A stretch of 64,000 nucleotides of DNA from NCBI RefSeq assembly GCF_000142905.1, contig NW_013657679.1, positions 312,657 through 376,656 of the forward strand. The letters run 5' to 3'. The stretch is from Thecamonas trahens ATCC 50062. Lineage: Eukaryota; Protista; Apusomonadida. The translations under genes were made by a program, and so were the position numbers. Shown here in pieces: positions 44,528 through 53,850 of this stretch (position 1 is the stretch's first letter; the number at the start of each line of letters is the position of its first letter). The notes under the pieces were generated by a model. The model ran no database searches and was not told the DNA's origin. It was given only the letters and a program-made list of their open reading frames with translations.

Positions 44528-46585
44528 ATGTCGTTGGCACGGAGTCTGCATGGCTCGCCACGTCGTGCGCGGCCTATGCAAGCAGTGGTGGTGGGCGCGT
44601 CGAGGAGGGAGGCGAGGCGGCAGCAAAGGACGCCAGCGCCAGGGTCAGGGCCAAGGCATGGGTCGAGGCATGGACGGGTGGGACGGTCCACCGCACCCCC
44701 ACCGCCATCAGAGGTGGAGGCTGCTGATGCTGCTGCTATGCTGGTGCCCCATGTCAATGCGATGTCGTCAGGCATCTCATTTCGGGCTCTGCCACAAGCC
44801 TCGCTCCGCCAAGTTGTCCGTAGCTGCCGGAGAGCCGAGGCCAAGGCGGCAGCACTGGCCGGGCCAGCGAGCCGGGCCAAGCGGCTGCTGTTTGATCTGA
44901 CTCGGGAAATTCGAGCCATGCTCGATCCGCTGCTGGATGCAGATGAAGCTCTGCGTGCCGAGGTGTCCCGCACTGCTGCGGCCCTTGATGACTGGCGCGC
45001 GGTCTTGACTCCCGATGCCTACTCGCGCGCCGAGGCTGCGGTCCTCCAACGCCTCCTCCACGCACTGCCGGGAAAGCACACAACTGCGCACGCGCACTTG
45101 ACTTCTGGCAAGGCTCTGCGCGAGCGGGAAAAGTGCACAGTCGTCGATGCTGTGACTCCTGATCTGGTGCGGGCACTGCTCAAGACCGGTGCACGCCGTG
45201 TGGCGCAACTGGAGCTGGCGCTGTCACGGCTAGAGGACGAGTCGGCGGATGCACTGCGGCAGATGGAGGACGAGCTGGATGCGCAGCAGGACAAGGCCCA
45301 ACGTGGCGCGGCACGCCAGGACTCGATCGCTGCCGCACACTACGAGGCCGAGATGGACGAGCTGCGGGCGGCGCTGTCGCGAGCCAGTAACGAGCGCGAG
45401 GTCACCGCCTCGCGACTTGCTGATGCCGAGCGCTACATTGCCACACTAGAAAAGACGTGCGCCGATCAAGTCGACCAGCTGACAGCACTTCAGTCGCATG
45501 CTACGCAGCTGGCTGGCGAGCTGGCTGGCATCGAGCGATCGCACGCCACTGTCGACGGCAAGTACGCCCGCGCTGTCATCGCCAACGACGAAATGCGATC
45601 CAAGCTTGTCGAGTACGAGGGCATCATGTGTGATGTCGAGGCCGAGCTTTTGACGCCTGCGCCCGCACCCGTCTTGGGTCCCGCCCTGCATCCAGGCCCA
45701 GCCTCGAGCCTCCCGTCGCACCCCGAGCAGCCATTTACCGGTCATCGCCACGTTGCCGACGTGCCTCACCGTTTGCATGAGCAGTCGCTGGAGCATGCCG
45801 CCAACAGTGTCTCCTTTGATATTGCTCCACCGCCGGAAGTGGCGGTGGAGGCGCAGCGTCAGGCCGCGGCGAACGAGGTCTCCGGGAGTCAGGCTCCAGT
45901 TGTATACCGCGGCAGCGCGTCGGCGATGTCGACACCTTATCAGGAAGCGACGCCGCGCCCTGTGTCACCGCCCCAAGCCCGCGCTGATACGGCGGCAACT
46001 GAAATCTTACATCGCGGCAGTGCGTCGTCGTTGTCGCCGACTCCCGCGGTGGTAGAGTCTGCAACGTCGCCGAATCGAACGCCCGCGGCACGGATCGCCG
46101 CGGCCAACGCGCAGGTTGCGGCGGTGATGTCGTTCGAGGTAGCGACACCGGGACAAAGCGGGCTTGCCAGCGGTAGTAGCAGCCGCTTTGACGTTCCCAA
46201 GGCGACATCGGTTTCGGCGGTGCTCAAGCGACTCCAGGAGGCGGACCGAATCCTGACGGTGCCTGAGGAGGCCGCGCATCGGGCAGCAGCCCAACTTGAC
46301 GACGATGAGCACCGTCGAGCCGGTGCCGCACCGGCAGTCCCTGTCTACCGCGACATTGCAGCCGCCCTGGGCGTCAAGCTGCCACCTCCACGGCATCCAG
46401 GCCGGCTGGCGACTGGACGATCGCCGCGCATCGGCCCAGCGACCACCTTTGCCGAGTACGAGGCTCGTCGACAGGGTCAACATGCCTCACCGCGCACCCC
46501 ATCGTCAGCGCTCCGGCCGCGATCGATCTCGATCACTGAAGATCGCAGTAATGAGCATAATCCTCTCTGGCCGTTTTCTTCTTAA
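44528..46585 (+). CDS. Hypothetical protein with central coiled coil and disordered C-terminus
   Basis: 716-aa ORF, first ATG at 44528; heptads in RVAQLELALSRLE...KLVEYE. Confidence 0.7.
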   Translation: MSLARSLHGSPRRARPMQAVVVGASRREARRQQRTPAPGSGPRHGSRHGRVGRSTAPPPPSEVEAADAAAMLVPHVNAMSSGISFRALPQASLRQVVRSCRRAEAKAAALAGPASRAKRLLFDLTREIRAMLDPLLDADEALRAEVSRTAAALDDWRAVLTPDAYSRAEAAVLQRLLHALPGKHTTAHAHLTSGKALREREKCTVVDAVTPDLVRALLKTGARRVAQLELALSRLEDESADALRQMEDELDAQQDKAQRGAARQDSIAAAHYEAEMDELRAALSRASNEREVTASRLADAERYIATLEKTCADQVDQLTALQSHATQLAGELAGIERSHATVDGKYARAVIANDEMRSKLVEYEGIMCDVEAELLTPAPAPVLGPALHPGPASSLPSHPEQPFTGHRHVADVPHRLHEQSLEHAANSVSFDIAPPPEVAVEAQRQAAANEVSGSQAPVVYRGSASAMSTPYQEATPRPVSPPQARADTAATEILHRGSASSLSPTPAVVESATSPNRTPAARIAAANAQVAAVMSFEVATPGQSGLASGSSSRFDVPKATSVSAVLKRLQEADRILTVPEEAAHRAAAQLDDDEHRRAGAAPAVPVYRDIAAALGVKLPPPRHPGRLATGRSPRIGPATTFAEYEARRQGQHASPRTPSSALRPRSISITEDRSNEHNPLWPFSS

Positions 46586-46783
46586 ACCCCCCCCCCCCCC
46601 CCCCCCCGACGACACGCCCGAGACGCGCCCGAGACGCTGTCTGTACCATGCCAGCATCCGTTCCGTTCGCCAAAAAGAACCCACCCCCTTTCCCCCTTCC
46701 CCTCCCCCTTCCCCTCTCAAAACCACACACGCACCACAAATACCCACATCACCACACACATACACGCACACTCCTCGTCAACC

Positions 46784-47850
46784 ATGGCAGCAATAGCTCC
46801 GGTGGTATGCACACACCTTCCCAACCACCACCACCGCCCCATCCCCTTCCCCCCTCCCTCCCTCCCCCACAAGCGACAACGACTCACACAGCCTATCTCC
46901 GTCTGGGCACACAGACTCTCTCTCCGGCTGCAGCCAGCCGTGCGGTGTATGTGGGCAACGTGTCCGCGGGAGCGACGGAAAAGGCAGTCCGTGACTTCTT
47001 TGCCTTTTGTGGTGCCATGGATCAGTTTCATCTCGAACCGGTGGATGGTGGCGATGGCGTTCAGCACGCGGTGGTGGTCTTTGCCGCGCCCTCGGCTTGG
47101 CAGACAGCGCTCCTCCTCACAAACGCCCGCATCGGGGACTCGGCCATTGCTGTCACTGCCTATCAGGCTGCCTTTCCCGACGCTGCTCCGGCAGAGACTG
47201 AGCCTGCCGATCCGCCGCCGACGGATGCGTCGTCGCCGGCTGATGAGGCTCCGCCAGCCGGCGACTCGCAGCCAGGCACGTCTGTGGCGCAGGAGGCCAA
47301 GTCGAAAACTGCCATCATGGCCGAGCTTACGGCCTCGGGCTACATGCTCGGCGCCAACACCCTGGGCCGCGCACGGGCCTTTGATGAGGAGCACTTCAAC
47401 CTCGGCCTCCGGATGCAGCTCGGCGTTGAGATGGCCAAGGAAAAGGTGGCCAAGGTCGACAAGGCCCTCGGCATCTCGTCAACCGTCGGCGCTGCCACCC
47501 AAACCGCGTCGGCTGCCGCTAAGGCTGTCGACTCGAAGCTCGGCGTCTCGTCGACCGTCTCCAAGGCCGCCGATGTCACCGTCGGCGCCGCCTCTGCCGT
47601 CGGCCAGACGGCCATGGCCGTTCCGGGAGTTCGCTCCGGCGTTGACCTGCTGGTTGGCGTCACCCAGGCCATTGGCGCCACCATGACCTCGTACTCGGCG
47701 GCGACCGCCAACGAGGTTGCCCGCCGCCGCTCCGCTGCCAACCCTGCAGCAGGCGTCACAAGCACCAACACCGACGCCAACGACGACGACGACGACAACG
47801 ACAATGACGACAACGGTCCCCCGCCACCGTCTCAGGCTATCTACGGTTGA
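46784..47850 (+). CDS. RRM protein of the Vip1 (fungal)/BPA1 (plant) family; exons 46784-46804 and 46915-47850
   Basis: VYVGNVS..ATEK.VRDFF.FCG, AVV.F..PSA..TALLL.NA.I, ASGY.LG...LGRARAFDE.H. Phase-0 intron GTATGC...GACTCAC...ACAG. Confidence 0.8.
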
Positions 47851-48066
47851 TCCAAGTTTGCTCATCCCTATTATCCAGCTGCTCCGCTGTAACTCGACTT
47901 GCCCTTTATCGACCTCAAACCCGTCTCCAACCCAACCTGCCTGTCCCCCCCCCCGCCTATCTCTTGCCCACCCTCTGACCTGCTTCTCCTCTCACTCCTC
48001 TTCCCCCCCCTCCCCCTCCCACCACCACCACCACCACCACCACCACCACCCTGCCCTGCTCTGCCC

Positions 48067-49274
48067 ATGCCCAAATGCGTGGTGCACAACCTCCCGCCCT
48101 CACTTGGCACCCAGGGCTTTGAGTCTCTTGTATCACCATGGCGGGCAAGCATGACCATGGTCGCCTTCCACCGCCACACCGTCGAGTACGGCCTCCCTGT
48201 CTCCCTCTCTCCCTCTCTCCCTCTCCCGCCCTCGTCCCCGACTCACCCTCCCCCCCCCCCTCCTCCTCCTCCCCCTCCAGACTTGGCCCACACAACATGG
48301 ACACTGTGGCTGCACCCATGGTTCGTGGCGCCTACGCTGTCCTGGCCTTTGCTAGCAAGTCGGCACTGGCTGCGTTTGCGGCTGTCTTTCCGCCGACGAC
48401 TGGTCTGGCTGATCCTGCCACAGGAAAGCAATATCATCCTGTTCTGCGACATGCTCCCTTTCCTCATGTTCCGTCTCATACGCTGCCGCATCATGCTCCG
48501 CAACAGCTGGATCCTGCTCTTACCGCGCATCCGTTGTATCAGGCCTGGGAGGAGATGAAGGCCGATCGCGCACAGAGGGCTGCTGCGGGATCTGCTGCCT
48601 GTGAAGAGGCCCTGGCACGAGCCCGTGAGAAGCGTGCAAATGCGGATGAGCCGGTAGTCACCCCGCTCATCGCCTTTCTTCGTGCCCGCAAGGACGCCGA
48701 GATCAGCGACGGCTCAGCGTCGATGTCGCATCAGAAGCGGAAGCGGAACAAGAAGAACAGGAAGAACAAGAAGAACAAGAAGAACAAGAAGAACAAGAAG
48801 AACAAGAACACAAACGCAGAGACCAAGGCTGGCGCCAATGCCGGCACGCCGTCCAACATGCAGCCACAGAGTGGAGCTGCGCAACCGCCGGCCGACGGCG
48901 ATCCGCCGGCGCGCAAGCGCAAGCCGCGGAAGCGCAACCGCAACCGCAAGAAGAAGGCCAAGGCCGCTGCCGCTGCTTCCGCCGCTGCCGCCGGCGGTGC
49001 TGCCAGCTCTGCCCCTGCCACTGCCACTGGAGGTAGTGGTGGGGCCGGCCAATGCTCGGTGCCGGCTGCCAATGGTGGTCCTCCCGAAGGCAAGCCGAAG
49101 AAGAGAAACCGTAACCGCAACCGCAACCGCAATCGCAACCGCAACCGAAAGCGCAAGGGCAACGATGGTAACTCGGCCGAGCCTGGTGCTAATGCCGGGG
49201 CGGCTGGTGCTACAGCACCTCGACCGGCACCAGCACCGTCGACGCCAGCCTTTGCTTTCATTCCTCCTCCATGA
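48067..49274 (+). CDS. UPF3: Nonsense-mediated decay factor UPF3/Smg4; exons 48067-48185 and 48281-49274
   Basis: KCVVHNLPPSL (cf. KVV.RRLPP.L), AVLAF, DP.TGKQY.PVL..APF..VP, P.Y..W, VTPLIAFL. Phase-2 intron GTACGG...GACTCAC...CCAG joins the 47899 and 48138 ORFs in frame. Confidence 0.78.
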
Positions 49275-51315
49275 CGTCCTCCTGCACATCGACTTCCACT
49301 TCGGTGGCCTCGACTCCAGCCTCGGCGCTGATGGTCTCCGAAAGGCCTGCAGGCTCGAGCAGAACGGCTTCGACTTCGGCTTCGACATCGGCTTCGGCCG
49401 CCTCGTCGATTGTGCCGTCGGGTGCGTAATCTTCAGCCTCGGACTCTGTAGCCGCATCTTGAACAGTACCGGATGCGGCGGCCTCCATAGCCTCCGCATC
49501 AGCGGTGGGAGTGTTGGTGTTGGCCTCGGGTGCGTCGGCTGAAGCGGAGGGCTCGACCTCGTCGGCGACAACACCGGCGGCGTCGAGCGCAGCCTCAGCC
49601 TCGGCCTCAGCCTCAACCTCAGTCTCAGCCTCAGCCTCAGCCTCAGGTGCGACCTCGGCCTCAGCCTCAACCTCAGCCTCAGCCTCAGCCTCAGCCTCAG
49701 GTGCGGCCTCGGCCTCAGCCTCAACCTCAGCCTCAACCTCGGCCTCAGCCTCAACCTCAGCCTCAAACTCGGCCTCGGCCTCAGCCTCAACCTCAACCTC
49801 AGCCTCAGCCTCAGCCTCAACCTCAGCCTCAGCCTCAACCTCAGCCTCAGCCTCAACCTCAGCCTCAACCTCAGCCTCAGCCTCAACCTCAGCCTCAACC
49901 TCAGCCTCAGCCTCAGCCTCAACCTCAGCCTCGGCCTCAGCCTCAGCCTCAGCCTCAGCCTCGGCCTCAGCCTCAGCCTCAACCTCAGTCTCGGCCTCAA
50001 CCGCTCCCTCGCCCTCAACAGCTTCCTCGGCCTCACCCTCATCCACTTCGCCGACTGAAGCCGCCGTGGTGGTGGTGGTCGTCGTCGTCGTCGTCGTCGT
50101 TGTCGCCACACCGTCACTAAACTCAAGAACCGCAGGCTGCAGATCGCCGTCATTGTCCGAGCCACTGCCGTCGCCGCCATGCGCCTCCGCCGCTGATGAC
50201 GACGGCGACACCCGTGTGGCCTCGATCAGCCGCCGAATATGCATCTCCTCAATTTCCTCAGGCGTCATCTGGGTCTCCAGCAGCTGGCTCGACGGCGGCG
50301 CCGAGGCGTCAGCGCCTCCGGACCCGGCGCCGCCCTCCTCGGCAGCCTCCTGCTCTGCCAGCGAGAGCCGAATTGCTTCCATGATCATGAGCTCCTCGAG
50401 ATCGACCCCGCGCTCGTGGCGCAACCGCTGCCAGTCGACCATCGCTCCGGGCGAGTTGGCGTCGACCAGCGACGAGACCCGCTCGCCGGCGTATGACCGC
50501 GTCGGCGCTGACGACGGCATGAACCCGGGTGGCGGCCCGTTGGCCGGCGTCGACGGCGCCCGCGACCGCTGACCGTTGCCGCGCCGCCGGCTCCGCGACC
50601 GCGACTCGCCGCGAGACTCGGTCCGCGATCGCGACCGCGACGATGATGACGACATCACCGGCGGCCGGTAATCCTCCGGCCGCAGCGTCGGCAGCGGCGC
50701 AAGCGACTCGGGTGAGCCAGCTACGTTGCTGTCCCCGCCGTCGGGCCCGCCGCTTCCGTGCTTGCCCGGCGGCATCGACAGCCGCCGCTTCCGCCGCTCT
50801 TCATCCTCCTTGGCTTGGTTGATCCGCGCCTGGAGCTGCAGCTCTTCGACCCGGGCCTCCTCGGCTGCCTCGTCTGCGAGCTCCTTGGCTGTCTTGGGCC
50901 CGCGAAACTCGACAGAAAACCCGCCGCGCATGCAGAACGGGCATCGCGCGCCCGGAACCGGCGGGGCGAGAAAGACGAAGCATTCGGAACAGAGTGGCTT
51001 GCCGCAGCACGTGGCCCGGTTGAGCCCGCCTGGGTAGTAGAGGAAGCAGATGGGACACTCTTCCAAGCCAGGCGCCTCGTCATCAGCACCGACATGAAAC
51101 GGTGCCAGGAGCTTGCCGTTGACCATTCGCTTCAGCTTTTTCCTTTCCCATGAGCATGGCTCGGTGTAGAGCTTGCCGTGTGGGTAGAGCAAGTCCGACG
51201 GAAGCGACTTGCCGCCGCGTGACCGACTCCGCCCTCGCCCTCCCTCGCGATTGCCGCACTTGTTGGCTCCGGGGTTCTCCTCCGGTGGGCTCTTTCGGCT
51301 CAGCGCCTTACCCAT
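49258..51315 (-). CDS. RING-type protein of the DA2/GW2 (plant)/Sip5 (fungal) family with long acidic tail
   Basis: MG...S myristoylation-like start; L.P.G.LY, W....L..MV....LAPF..G, EECPICFLYYP.GLNR..CC.KPLCSECF, CPFC...F.VEF.G.KT, DLEELMIMEAIRLSL. Confidence 0.85.
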   Translation of the reverse strand: MGKALSRKSPPEENPGANKCGNREGGRGRSRSRGGKSLPSDLLYPHGKLYTEPCSWERKKLKRMVNGKLLAPFHVGADDEAPGLEECPICFLYYPGGLNRATCCGKPLCSECFVFLAPPVPGARCPFCMRGGFSVEFRGPKTAKELADEAAEEARVEELQLQARINQAKEDEERRKRRLSMPPGKHGSGGPDGGDSNVAGSPESLAPLPTLRPEDYRPPVMSSSSSRSRSRTESRGESRSRSRRRGNGQRSRAPSTPANGPPPGFMPSSAPTRSYAGERVSSLVDANSPGAMVDWQRLRHERGVDLEELMIMEAIRLSLAEQEAAEEGGAGSGGADASAPPSSQLLETQMTPEEIEEMHIRRLIEATRVSPSSSAAEAHGGDGSGSDNDGDLQPAVLEFSDGVATTTTTTTTTTTTTAASVGEVDEGEAEEAVEGEGAVEAETEVEAEAEAEAEAEAEAEAEAEVEAEAEAEVEAEVEAEAEVEAEVEAEAEVEAEAEVEAEAEAEVEVEAEAEAEFEAEVEAEAEVEAEVEAEAEAAPEAEAEAEAEVEAEAEVAPEAEAEAETEVEAEAEAEAALDAAGVVADEVEPSASADAPEANTNTPTADAEAMEAAASGTVQDAATESEAEDYAPDGTIDEAAEADVEAEVEAVLLEPAGLSETISAEAGVEATEVEVDVQEDVMEEE
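49590..50000 (-). repeat. Hexamer microsatellite (GAGGCT/GAGGTT/GAGGCC)n encoding (EA/EV)n
   Basis: About 400 bp of cctcag/cctcaa units on the + strand. Confidence 0.95.
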
Positions 51316-51902
51316 GCTCTTCTGTAATCCACACGCTCTCTAGCCTTGCTACTTGTCGGCTCCTCCCCTTTGCCTGTGCCCCCCGTCCGTGCTGCGTCGA
51401 ATGTGTCCCACTCCACCCCGCCCGCGTCTGCCATGATTGTTCGGGGCGCGTCGAACGCGTCGCGTCGAGCCATGATTGGTGTGGTGGGGTGGGGGGGGGG
51501 GGGTGGGAAAAAGGAACAGTCACCACCACACCACCACACACTCCGCACAACGACGAATCACCGGGACAGCAACCAACTCGACAATCTTTGCCACTACGCT
51601 CCACAAATCCACTACCCAGACACCATACACGCCTACGCAGCTACACACCTACAACATACACACCGCACTTGATGTGCTGCTCTTCCAGTCATTCACATGC
51701 TTCCAATAGATCAGCTGTGCATGCATGGCCACCATAATGAGCTTTCGCTGTAACCATTTTTATTCTTTCACCCCCACCCACCAACCCACTCCCCACACCG
51801 ACCCCGCACCACCTCTTCCCTACTTCGTTCATACTGTCACCTGCCCACAGCCACAGCCAACAACTACTCCCGCGAACACACACGTCTCACACACTTAACA
51901 TC

Positions 51903-52624
51903 ATGTCCGAGGCACCTATCCGCCGAGCCCTCTTGGTGGTCGACGTCCAATACGACTTTATGGACGGTGGGTCGCTGGTACGCCTCATGTCGTCATCACC
52001 TTCCATTGGCATCACTTTCCGCATCACTCACAAGCTCGTCCCGTGCGAGATTGCCGGCAGGCTGTGCCTGGAGGACAAGACGTTGTGCCGGTGATCAATA
52101 AGGTTCGTAAGAGCCATGCCTTTGATCTTGTTGTCTTTACCCAGGACTGGCATCCGCCGAACCATGTCTCGTTCGCCTCCAACAACGATGGCGCAGAGCT
52201 CTTCTCTACTCGCTCTATCAATGGCCAGAACCAGGTCATGTGGCCCGATCACTGTGTCCAGGGCTCGGACGGCGCTCGCCTCCATGCCGATCTCGTCCGC
52301 TCCGATCTCGATCCGGTCGTCCAGAAGGGAACACACGTCGAGCACGACTCGTACTCGGGTTTCCAGGACAACGATCGCGTCAACAAGACTGAACTCGAGG
52401 CTGTTCTCAAGGCCGCCAACATCACCCATCTCTACATATGCGGCCTCGCTACCGACTACTGTGTTTCGTTCACTGTCATCGACGCCGTCGACTCGGGCTT
52501 TGCTGTCACCGTCCTCGACGACGCCTGCCGTGGCATCGATCCAGCCGGCTGCGATAAGGCCAAGGCGGCTTGGGCAGAAAAGGGTGTTACTCTGCTGGCG
52601 TCGGACGAGCTCGATGATTTCTGA
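51903..52624 (+). CDS. PNC1: Nicotinamidase/pyrazinamidase; exons 51903-51977 and 52061-52624
   Basis: ALLVVDVQYDF..GGSL|AVPGG, TQDWHP.NH.SFAS, WPDHCVQGS.GA, KG.....DSYSGF, GLATDYCV..T..DA. 83-nt phase-0 intron GTACGC...CACTCAC...GCAG. Confidence 0.95.
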
Positions 52625-52643
52625 TTCTCGCTGTGTGACTCTC

Positions 52644-53444
52644 TCATCCGGTAAACGCCTCCAGCTCGGCGCACTCGGCTTCCAGCTCGCTGTTGTGCTT
52701 CTCCAGCTCGGCCAGCTCGGCCTCGACACCCGTAACCTGCCGCTCGAGCGCCCCAAGTGTCACCCGATCTGCATCCGCCACCACCATCCGCGAGTCAAAC
52801 TCCCGCTGCTTGCACGCCGCCAGCTTCTCCTCCATCGCCTTCACGGCAGCCTCGGCAGCCTCGCACGCCCGCAGCGCCCGGGTCAGGCACGCCCTCTCGC
52901 GCTTAACCGCGATTGTCGCCTGCTGCAGCGCGGCTTCTGCCTTCTCAGCTCCAGCTAGTGCCTCTGCAACCAGATCCAGCTGCGGAAGCTTGGCCACCCG
53001 AGACGCGCACGCCCTCTTGTGTTGCTCGATCTGATCCTTGATCCATGTCTCTTTGCCACACCACCCCGCACGCTCAGCTTCAAGTTTGACGGCTTTTTCC
53101 TGGATGCGTGATCCCCTTTTGGCAACTGCCACCAGCCGCTGGGCATCAACTGCGGCTGCGCACCGTGCGCTCCACTCGTCAGCACGGGCAGTAAAGACAC
53201 GGGCGAGCACATGGTTGATTTGCTGCCCGATTCTGCACGTCTGGGCGTACTCCACCGCTACCCGATCGCGCGTTGCTGCGCCGGCAGCCTTGATCGCGAT
53301 CAACCGCTCGCGTTCGGCTGCCGCAAACGCCGCCGCCTTCTCGGCGTTCGCCACCACTGAGAAGCTAGCAGGTGTAGCAATCGCATCACTCGGCAGGGAT
53401 GCGTTTGGAGACGTCAGCGTAGTGGTATGGCGGGGATCATCCAT
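52644..53444 (-). CDS. Hypothetical coiled-coil protein; the frame continues upstream to about 53770 through a transmembrane-like segment
   Basis: 358-aa ORF; first ATG at 53444 (MDDPRH); heptad C-terminus. Confidence 0.6.
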   Translation of the reverse strand: MDDPRHTTTLTSPNASLPSDAIATPASFSVVANAEKAAAFAAAERERLIAIKAAGAATRDRVAVEYAQTCRIGQQINHVLARVFTARADEWSARCAAAVDAQRLVAVAKRGSRIQEKAVKLEAERAGWCGKETWIKDQIEQHKRACASRVAKLPQLDLVAEALAGAEKAEAALQQATIAVKRERACLTRALRACEAAEAAVKAMEEKLAACKQREFDSRMVVADADRVTLGALERQVTGVEAELAELEKHNSELEAECAELEAFTG

Positions 53445-53850
53445 GTTGCGTGTATGTGATTGCGGCCAAAGCGTTGTGTGTGCTGGAGTCGCGTGCCTGC
53501 CACTTTGGGCGGTTGGCCGGTTTGGCAGGTGGTGGTCATGCCTGGTGTTGTTCCAGACTAGCTGCCCTACTCCCTCGCTGGCGGCCACTGGATCGGGATC
53601 GGCATTGGCGTCGAGTTTAAAGTCGGGCGCCTTGGCTCTGTACGCCAGGTTGAAACCGCCTGTGTTGCGGTGACCAATGGCAAAGATTATGACGAAGGCG
53701 ATGGCGATACCCACTACCACAATACCTGTGATGAAGATGGCGCTGATCCGATAGCGCCTGCAGACTTGTCTTTATCGGCTATCTGATGTGCTGCCTCTCG
53801 GCATTGCCCGGCAGTACCGACAGACGAGGCTGTTCCCCCCCCCCATTGCA

